Below, one piece after another: positions 53,661 to 64,000 of a stretch of DNA of 64,000 bases (the first letter of the stretch is position 1; the number at the start of each line of letters is the position of its first letter). The position numbers and the translations under genes were made by a program. Under the pieces are notes generated by a model that saw only the letters and a program-made list of their open reading frames with translations, did no database searches and had not been told where the DNA came from. This DNA is from Octopus vulgaris (taxonomy: Eukaryota): the NCBI GenBank assembly GCA_951406725.2, contig OX597822.1, forward strand, positions 40,424,001 through 40,488,000, read 5' to 3'.

Positions 53661-54334
53661 TTACTTGTATAGGTAAATGGGTAGATATGTGTGTATGAGA
53701 GAATGTGTGTTTCTATGTGTAGAAAAGCAATGATATTTGTGGAGGTGTAGCTGAATAAAGCGTAGAGAGAGAGACATCAGCAGTAGACAATATGCGGTGG
53801 AGATCAACCACTGTTAATTCGTTTAACCTAATTTCTATCGAGTTTTTCATGAGGCTGAGATGAGAAGAAAAAAATGTCGATTGGAAAGACGACGTTAATG
53901 AACAGACAAAGATGCTGAGAGCTGAGAGTATGGAGACCACTTCAGTCTACTGTGATGTCATATGGAACGTGTTAGCGTATTATGTATGCCACTGTGAGCT
54001 TGTATAAGTGTATGCGTGTATTTGTGTGTGTGTGTGTGTGCGCGTATCTATATGTGTGTACGTGCGTGTATATATATACATATATATAGTTTTCATATAT
54101 ACATATATATATATATGTATATATATATATGTATATATATATATATACACTAATATATGTTCACGTTTGCTAATGCGTGTATATGCATGTATGAATATTT
54201 ATGTATACTTAAATATGTATACATATTTATACGTGTATATATACTTATACACACATATGAATCTGTGTATATGTGTATATATATATATACACAAACACAC
54301 AAATCATCTATATGCATATACTGATATATGTATA

Positions 54335-54384
<50 letters not shown>

Positions 54385-54398
54385 TATATATATATATA

Positions 54399-54453
<55 letters not shown>

Positions 54454-55447
54454 GTATGTATACATATATATATTGATATATATATATATTCATATATGCT
54501 AATATATGTACACATATTCTAATGTATGTACATATATACTAATATATGTACATACATACATACATATATATATATATATATGATTGAAAACTCACACGCA
54601 TATGTATATACATAAACGTGCGAAATTCTGAGTGTATTTAACCATCATCACCATACAACCCGCTTCCCATCACTTTTCAGTTAGAAGAAAAAAAACTTGT
54701 TAAATCTATAATGAAACTTAATGGCACCTTAAGACTGTCTATAGACCTTTGTCACTGTTGATCTTGTTAATAACATTGATGTTGATGTTATTGTTGTTGA
54801 TATGTTTGGAGTTAATGATAATGATAATGATGACGACGACGACGATGATGATGATGATGCTTGAATTTTGGTACAACTATTCTAATTACTAATGTGGCTT
54901 CTTTTTGTGCGGTATATTATTATTTTTTCGTTAGGTTTGGGTTTTTTTGTGTTTTCTTGTGTTACAGTTGTTTGTGTTATGCCTTTCATTCTTGTTGTTG
55001 ATATTTATATTGTGGTTGTTGTTGTTGTTGTTGTTATTGTAGATACTGATGTTTTTAATGCCCTTCTTGTTGTCATTGTACGCATTGCTATCGATGACGA
55101 CGACGACGACGACAATCACGATGATGGTGGTGGTAGTGGTGTGGTAGTGTTAGTGGTGGTGGTGGTAGTGGTGATGAGGATGAGGATGAAGATGATGATG
55201 ATGATGATAATGACGACATCGACGATGACGGTAGTAATGATGACGATGATGATGATGATGTGATGATGGTGAAGGTGGTAACGTTGATAATGGTGATGAT
55301 AATGATGGTGACGGTCATGATAATAGGATGGTGATGATGATGATGATGATGATGATGTCACTGTTATTGATCAGTCCTCGATCAACTCTGGTTAATGATG
55401 ATGATGATGACGACGACGACGTCGACGATGACGGTAGTAATGATGAC

Positions 55448-55499
<52 letters not shown>

Positions 55500-55930
55500 A
55501 GATGATGGTGACGGTGGTAACGTTGGTAATGGTGATGATAATGATGATGACGGTTATAATAATGGGAATGATGATGGTGGTGGTGATGATGATCATGATG
55601 ATATTGTTTCTGCTGTTTTTCTTCTTCTACTTGTTGTTATTGTTCATACTGTCTCTGTTGCTAGTGATGCTGTTACGGTTGTTAGAATTAATGACGTCAT
55701 TGAAGTCCATGATACATTTGCTTTTGCTGTTGTTGTAGTTGTTGTTGTAATTATTATTATTACTGTTGTTGTCGTTGTTGTTACTCTCTATCTCATTTTC
55801 TCTCTTTCTACAACAATAACAAATACAACATAAAATTCACATCACGCTATCAATAAAATTAAAACAATACTAAAAACAATAACAAAGCTATATAAAACAA
55901 ATACATTTCTTGCGGTGATATACTACTACA

Positions 55931-55979
<49 letters not shown>

Positions 55980-56099
55980 CATGTAATATATATATGTTAG
56001 TACAATACTTTTTTAAAAATTGTTTATTATTTATTATCAGTTTGAATTGAATATATTGAACTTTGCATTTAGAAATTTCAACGTCAACTTTAATTAAGA

Positions 56100-56131
<32 letters not shown>

Positions 56132-56133
<2 letters not shown>

Positions 56134-56459
56134 CAATAATAATTCTCTAAATGAGATATAGACAGTAACTGCTCCATAACATAAGGGACTAAAGCCATCT
56201 GAATATGGCTAGGGACAGGGCAGGGTGGTGGGGGTGTTACTGTTGCATTTCAGGCGAACATCAACGTCGCCAGATAGGCTTGACACCATCACGGCGTCCT
56301 TTATCCTGCAAAGGGAGATAATTCCCCTTTGCAGGATAAAGGACGCCGTGATGGTGTCAAGCCTATCTGGCGACGTTGATGTTCGCCTGGGGCTAAATGC
56401 AACAGTAACACCCCCACCACCCCTGCCCTGTCCCTAGCCATATTCAGATGGCTTTAGTC

Positions 56460-56465
<6 letters not shown>
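56132..56465. mobile_element. fold-back element in (TA)n, ~135-bp arms, ~50-bp tail
   Basis: 56181-56315 and 56325-56465 are reverse complements apart from a 5-nt indel; carries the two-hairpin motif. Confidence 0.95.
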
Positions 56466-56520
<55 letters not shown>

Positions 56521-56677
56521 AATGAAGAGAGTGACCACCAAAGTGGATTCTTAGTATGCTAAAGATAGACCTCAAATCGCCTTACCACGATGAGTGTGTT
56601 CTCAAGAAAATTTCAGCAAACGCTAGAATGTAAAAATGCGCGAGACAAATGAAAATATACGAAATACAACGATTACC

Positions 56678-56736
56678 TACGTATCATGGTTTCGTTTGTT
56701 AATATTTACGAATATATCCGCAAACACATCAGCGTA
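56678..56736 (-). ncRNA. minimal hammerhead (A9U) in a (TA)n-abutting element 56520-56740
   Basis: tacg-CTGATGT-gtttg-loop-caaac-GAAA-ccatga-TA-cgta. Confidence 0.65.
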
Positions 56737-56769
56737 ATTTATACACACACACGCACGCACGCACGCACA

Positions 56770-56806
<37 letters not shown>

Positions 56807-56807
<1 letters not shown>

Positions 56808-56979
56808 GGTGCAGGTGTGGTAAGAAGCTTGCTTTCCGACCACATGTTTCCGGATTCAGTCCCACTGCGTGACACCTTGGGCAAGTGCCTTCTACTATAG
56901 CTTCGGGCCGACCAAAGCTTTGTGAGTAAATTTGGCGGACGGAAGCTGAAAGAAGCTCATCGTGTATATATATATGTGC

Positions 56980-57011
<32 letters not shown>

Positions 57012-57135
57012 TTGTCTCCCCACCATCGCTTGACAACCGATGTTGGTGTATTTACGTCTCTCCAATTTAGCGATTCAGTATAAGAGACCGATAGAATAAG
57101 TACTAGGGTTACAAAGAATAAGTCCTGGGGTCGAT
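56807..57135 (+). mobile_element. SINE family A, followed by a minus-strand family C fragment (57135-57290)
   Basis: Consensus matches. Confidence 0.85.
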
Positions 57136-57617
57136 TACATCGACTCCAGTGCTTAATTGCTACATTTTTTATAGACTCTGAAAAGTAGGGTCAACCTCGG
57201 TCGAAACTGAACACATAACGTTAAGACGAACGAAATGGTACTAAACAGTGTTTCTGGTATGCTAATGGTTCTGCCAGCTCGCCACCTTAAATATCTTGAT
57301 ATTTAAAGTTAATTACATTAGCTGTCCAGTTTGAGTAAGTCACACTGCCATAAACAAAACACCTTATAGTCATGGACAGGCAAGATAACTCACCCGCAAT
57401 CCCATTTATGAGTGATGCACATCGATATTTCGCCATTCTTTGTGGTTTTTCAACATCACGTACCTGGTTTGAAAGCGAGGTATGTAACCAGTCTAACGAC
57501 ATATATTTTACCATGACCGGTAAAATCATGAGCTCGTACGTCTAATTTTTTCTCCTTGTTATGTTGTCTGTTCAGCCCTTGATACAACCATGTAGCGCAA
57601 CGCACTCCTGCTTTTTT

Positions 57618-57758
<141 letters not shown>

Positions 57759-57885
57759 CGATAGATAGATAGACAGGCAGATATAGATATATAAAAAGAG
57801 AGAGAGAAAGAGAGAGAGAGATACAAAGATAGAGACAGAGAGAGGGAGAGAAAAGGGAATTGTCGAAGGCTGGATAACTTTGAAC

Positions 57886-58177
57886 ACAACTTAGAAAATT
57901 GAGTTGATACCCTTCAAAGACAGAAAAAAGTGGCTACATGCCTGTACAGGATGTCGAACATTCAAACTTCTCAAATTCGCGCAGAGCGGGAGATCTCTGA
58001 CAGCAAGTACTAGCTTTTGGGATGAGATAACATTCTGTAATCAAGCATAGGAGCGCTGAGAGTATAAACGAGTTTTCGAACACCGGTGTTTGAACACACG
58101 GTGTTTGAATCTCTATAGAGATTTGACAGCCACTTTTTTCTGCATCTTAAGGGTATCTACTCGATTTTCTAAGCTGT
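57886..58177. mobile_element. MITE-like element with ~50-bp TIRs
   Basis: acaacttagaaaattgagttgataccctt...cagaaaaaagtggct pairs with agccacttttttctg...aagggtatctactcgattttctaagctgt. Confidence 0.75.
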
Positions 58178-58250
58178 CATAGAATGTCTGTATTTTCTTT
58201 AGAATACCAACCCACTCGAAACTTCGAAGTTTGTATACACAATATATATA

Positions 58251-59150
58251 TTTCATTTCATTTCATCTAGTTTCAGCTCACGAGCTGTGGCCATGCTGGG
58301 GCACCGCCATTCGGTGTTGCTACATGATTTTACTTCACGAATGCTTTTTAGCAATTGACATTTGGTGGATGAGAGAGTTTGATGCAGCTGCCCTCATCTG
58401 CACCTCCTGCCGTGAAGTTGGTTCATCTGGGACACCTGACAGGAAGAGGTTCAGCTTTATTTTAAAGACATCTGCATCCTCCCCATGCAGGTCTCTCAGG
58501 TCCTTCGGGGGGATATTGAAGAGCTGTAGACCACTGAAGCCCAGGCTATCGCAGTATCTTGTCCGACATCTTGATGGCAAATTTGGAGTCCTTGTTACTA
58601 TGCAGTGGTGCCCAGTTCTAGTATTTGTGTAACTCTCGATGCCAAAGTTTGGGACAAGTCCTTCCAGGATCTTCCAGATGTATATTATGGCATAGCTTTC
58701 TCGCCTACGCTCTAAGGAATAGAGTCTTAATCTCTTGAGTCTTTCCCAATAGCTTATATGCTGCATAGAGGCTATCTTTTTCGTGTAGCTACGTTGGATC
58801 GCCTCAAGTTCTGAGATTAATTTGACAATGGCTGGTGACCATAGCAGAGAGCAATAGTCAAAGTGGCTTAGGACAAGTGTCCTCCAGAGGACCATCATGG
58901 TTTCCTGGTCTCTTGTTCTAAAAGCTCTAAGAATCCATCCGGTCAGCCGCAACATGCACATGAAAGGTTGCATCATTACTCATGTAAATACCCAGGTCTA
59001 GCACTGAGTGTGCCTCTGGGATTGCAATCCCTCCAGGTTCAGTGTATTTATTGGGTGTTGCATTTAGTTTTGCATGCTGATAGTATAAAGCTTGAAACTT
59101 TTCAGCATTGAACTGCATGTTATTCTTTTCAGCCCACTGAAACGGCTGAG
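58251..59150 (-). mobile_element. 5'-truncated CR1-clade LINE (ORF2 C-terminus, 3' UTR, (GAAAT)n tail)
   Basis: QWAEKNNMQFNAEKFQ, DLGIYMS, LWRTLVLSHFDYCSLLWSP, SYWERLKRLRLYSLERRRE. Confidence 0.9.
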
Positions 59151-59276
59151 ATAATCTGGAACTCGACTGAGATAGAAAAATCCGAATGAGCCGTCCTTGT
59201 TTTTTCCAGTACATTTTTGTATCGTCTAACTGCCTGGATGTTTTGCTGTTGCCTGTGATGTTCTTGTTCCATTTTT

Positions 59277-59312
<36 letters not shown>

Positions 59313-59483
59313 ATGTGTGGGTGTGTATGTGTGTGTGTTTATATATATACATATACATATATGTATATATACGTATATATATGTATGTATATATATTCCA
59401 CTCTCGGTATCTTTGTTATTCCCACTTATTCAATCATTTCTCGCCCCGCTTTCCCTCCTTCTCTCTCTCATCCCTTCCCCTGT

Positions 59484-59555
<72 letters not shown>

Positions 59556-60501
59556 TTATATATCCCCTCTTTTTTATATTTTTGCTTCTAATCCTGCACC
59601 TGCTACTTTTATTATAATTCTCTACTCCCCCTCTCACTCTTTTTCCCCGCTACTCCTCCTCCAGCCACCACCCTCCATCCCACGCTCCTGCTTCTTTTAT
59701 ACTTTCCAAACAATTCACTCAGCCATCACCTCTCTAATACTACAGCCAACAACATCATCACCACTACCACCATCACCACTACCACATTTTCCACCATCTC
59801 CTCCATCATCACCAGCCAGCGCCGACCTCAACGACCACCACGACGACGACCACCACCACCACCTTCACCATTCCCCCATTAGCATCATTAATCACTACCA
59901 CCACCACCACCATCACCACCACCACCACCACCACCACCACCACCACCACCTGCATCACAACTGCTAGAGCCTCTACCTCCACCAACACCAGCGCCGCTTC
60001 AGCGTACATGCGCGCGCACACACAGACACAGACACATACACACAAACATAAACACATATACACACACACACATACTAACACGCCAGACTCCACAACACAC
60101 TGTGATTACGGATCTCAGTGAATCATGACGTCATCCACTCTTATTCTGTAAACAAGCACAAACGGAAACGCACGCACAAATACAGAAACACACGCACATA
60201 GTTACATAGTCACACATACACACGCACACACGCACACACGCACACACGCACACATGGTACATAGCGAAACACAAATGCATGCTTGCACACACACACACAC
60301 GCGCGCGGGAGCGCATATATTCATCCATATAAACACTGCGAGAATACATACTGTATATTTATATAGTCAAGTCAACTAAAAAGGCTTAGGTCAACCCAAG
60401 TGTTTTCTTGGGTGCGATTCAGAGGTATCGAACGCGACACCTTTTGATTATGAAGCGAATCTCTTTACAAGTTAGCCATGGCATCGTCTCACTTATACAG
60501 G

Positions 60502-60609
<108 letters not shown>

Positions 60610-60685
60610 TAAGTTCGCCATGGTATCGACTCACTTATACAGGCATATACATACACACACATATATAAATATATATATGAATGAT

Positions 60686-60806
<121 letters not shown>

Positions 60807-60829
60807 GACAGACAGACAGACAGTCAGAC

Positions 60830-61112
60830 ATGGCTGTGTGGTAAGAAGCTTGCTTTCCCTATTAGATAAGAACCAGTCACGCACTGGGGTCGATGTAATC
60901 AACTTAATCCGTTTGTCTGTCCTTTTTTTTGTCCCCTCTATGTGTAGTCCCTTGTGGGCAGTAAAGAAATAAGAAGCTTGCTTTCCAACCACATGGTTCC
61001 GGGTTCAGTCCCACTGCATGGCACTTTGGGCAAGTGTCTTCTGCTATTACCTCGGGTCGACCAAAAGCCTCGTGAGTGGGTTTGGGAGACAGAAACTGAA
61101 AGAAGCACGTCG
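60830..61112 (+). mobile_element. SINE A 5' half with a SINE C 3' fragment inserted in its head
   Basis: aagaagcttgctttcc is duplicated (60843 and 60970) around the family C tail. Confidence 0.85.
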
Positions 61113-61688
61113 CATATAATATATGTGCATGTGCGTGCATGTATGTGTGCGTGTGCATGTGTCTGCGTGTGTGTGTATCCGTGTATAAGTGAGTCGATGG
61201 CATGGCCAGCTTGTTAAGAGATTCGCTTCATAACATAGAAACATGTATAGAGACACAGACACATAAGCACACTGCTATGTACATAGTCTCCATAAACGTA
61301 TTCAACCATACATTCGCATCCACATACGTACTACTACAGTTAAGTGTGGCCATACACAAACATATATTCACAAACGTAGTTATTACACACACGGTTTACA
61401 TAAAGAGTTATACGTAAATTATCACATACATAATCATTATGCATAACACTACATACAGTCACAAAGGCATATATACCTATATATTGAAAAGGATGCAAGA
61501 CACAAAGAAAATTTTAGGAAAATAAAAATAAGAAATAAGTGGAAATTTTACCGGTGAGTGTGTTAAATTATAAGGCACAAAAAGAAAATGACTCTCCCCA
61601 GACACGACAGAATATGCTTCAACACACGAACTCATATAAAGAATCTTGCAAACCAAATCCAAAAACGAAATATATATACATACTTCAT

Positions 61689-61719
<31 letters not shown>

Positions 61720-61919
61720 CAGACGTTTAAATTTTGCTTCTTGATAAGCTCATGTTTATCATAGTCTTTACTTGTAATTTATGAGCATAATATGCTTGAA
61801 TGTGTATGCCCATGGTTAAACATAGGTGAGATACCGGTAGCGTAATGGATGCTTCTATCCCTTAGACGGTTATTTCAACCTCTAACTCAGCTAACCTCTT
61901 ATATATGTGTGTGTTTGTA

Positions 61920-61968
<49 letters not shown>

Positions 61969-62149
61969 GTATATACATACATACCGATGTGTATGCAAAG
62001 GCGCACACGATGTTGCACAGCCTATAAGATATGTATGTGTGTGTGTGTGCGTGTGTGTGTATGTTTGTACGTGTATGTGTGTGTGTGTATATGTGTGCGT
62101 GTGTGCATGTGTGTGTGTGTTTGTGCGTGTGTGTATGTGTGTGTGTGTT

Positions 62150-62198
<49 letters not shown>

Positions 62199-62837
62199 AT
62201 GTGTGTGTGTGCGCGCGTGTGTGTGTGTACGTGTTTATTCGCGACATATATTCGCATAGAAAAGTGCCAGCCTAAAGCCGCATGCAACAGCGTACACACA
62301 TCGACTCAATGATGTATAGTATTCCATACAGAGACGTGCACACACACACACATACATACACACGCACACACATACATACACACACACACACGAACGTGCA
62401 CATGCACGCACAAATACACGTAATACACAGATACACAAATACACAAATACACAGATACGCATACTCGCTCATAATATGCATGATCACAGATATGTACACG
62501 CCAACACGGATGTGTGTGTATGTGTCTGAATGAATGTGCGTTTGTGTGTGTGTGTGTACTACACTGAAGTGTTGCACGCTTAAACATATATATTCATGCA
62601 TGCGGATAGTAGCACATTTATATATGTACATATGCACACTTATGCATATATTCTCGCACAGTTATACACGCAATGCGCGTGAGGCACAAAGAAAAAATTC
62701 GCACAACGTTTAGCATACGCATGCAATCACATACATGCAAACACACATACACGTGCGCACACGCAGCCATGTATGCTCACATATCGCCGCAGTCACACTT
62801 GGCGGAATAGATACATAAATAAAAAGATAGATAGATA

Positions 62838-63180
62838 GAGTGGCTTTGTGGTAAGTAGCTTGTTTACCAGCCACATGGTTTCGGGTTCAGTCCCACTGCG
62901 TGGCATCTTGGGCAAGTGTCTTCTACTATAGCCTCGGGCCGACCAAAGCCTTGTGAGTGGATATGGTAGACAGAAACTGAAAGAAGCCCGTTGTATATAT
63001 GTATATATATATATATATATGTGCGTGTGTGTTTGTGTGTCTGTGTCTAGCATTGCTTGACAACCGATGCTGGTGTGTTTATGTCCCCGTTACTTAGCGG
63101 TTCGGGATCGAGTTGCTCGATTAAAGGCGGTGCTCCAGCATGGCCGCAGTCAAAATGACTGAAACAAGTAAAAAGAGAAA
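62838..63180 (+). mobile_element. SINE family A with internal deletion
   Basis: Consensus match. Confidence 0.9.
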
Positions 63181-63189
63181 AAGAGAAAG

Positions 63190-63247
<58 letters not shown>

Positions 63248-63597
63248 GTAGGTAGGTAGGTAGATAGATAGATAGATAGATAGATAGGTAGGTAGGTAAT
63301 GCATACATACGCACATATATATACATAATGAGAAATACATACACATGTAAACATATAGGTACGCACGTACACAAATATATGTATGTATCTATCTATCTAT
63401 CCATCCATATATATACATAGATGTGTGTGTGTGTGTGTAAGTGTGTGAATGTGTGTGTATGTGTACATATTTAAATATATGTATATATACATATATATGT
63501 ATACATATCCACATATATATACATATATGTATATATACATATATGTGTGTGCGTATATATATATATGTGTCTATATGTATGTATATGTATGTATATA

Positions 63598-63676
<79 letters not shown>

Positions 63677-63939
63677 ATAGATAAATAGAGAGAGAGATTG
63701 ATAGACAGGGAAATAGATAGATATATAGATAGATAGATAGTTGGATAGATAGAGACAAAAAGCGAAAAAACAGCACGTATGTTCATCCATGCATGATAAA
63801 ACCCCCCATTTATTTACATAATTTTGCATTTACACATGCTCACACACGCTCCCCTTCAATCACACACACACATGCCCCGTCTCTCAGAAAGATTGCATAG
63901 ACACACATACATACCTGCGTATACTTATTTACCTACAAG

Positions 63940-63971
<32 letters not shown>

Positions 63972-64000
63972 AATACATATATATATGTATACATATTTGC

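Noticed and set aside
58335-58976. 213-aa ORF as a host gene
   Set aside because: It is the C-terminus of a CR1-type LINE ORF2

Overview
AT-rich, microsatellite-saturated, gene-poor animal genomic DNA. The SINE repertoire matches what I recognise from octopus (inference). Almost all ORFs in the track are translations of (TA)n/(CA)n/(GATA)n/trinucleotide repeats, and I see no intact protein-coding gene. The window is a transposon graveyard: three tRNA-headed SINE families (about 25 copies or fragments), CR1-, RTE- and RLE-type LINE remnants, five Tc1/mariner/maT relics, MITEs and a decayed Penelope-like (PLE) reverse transcriptase. The main signal is RNA-structural. About a dozen minimal hammerhead ribozyme (HHR) motifs sit in short non-coding elements, most inserted into (TA)n and many arranged as fold-backs with an unpaired tail. 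Among them are a ~354-nt head-to-tail retrozyme-like unit, a tRNA-headed SINE carrying an HHR and integrated PLE-style, and HHR cores with a compensatory U3:A8 swap. Two diverged copies of one repeat appear to hold a non-circularly permuted (pseudoknotted) hammerhead with covariation. A possible promoter/first exon (~23.2 kb, minus strand) and a 57-nt exon candidate (2801-2857) are weak hints of a host gene. Coordinates were read by eye, so element boundaries are approximate.
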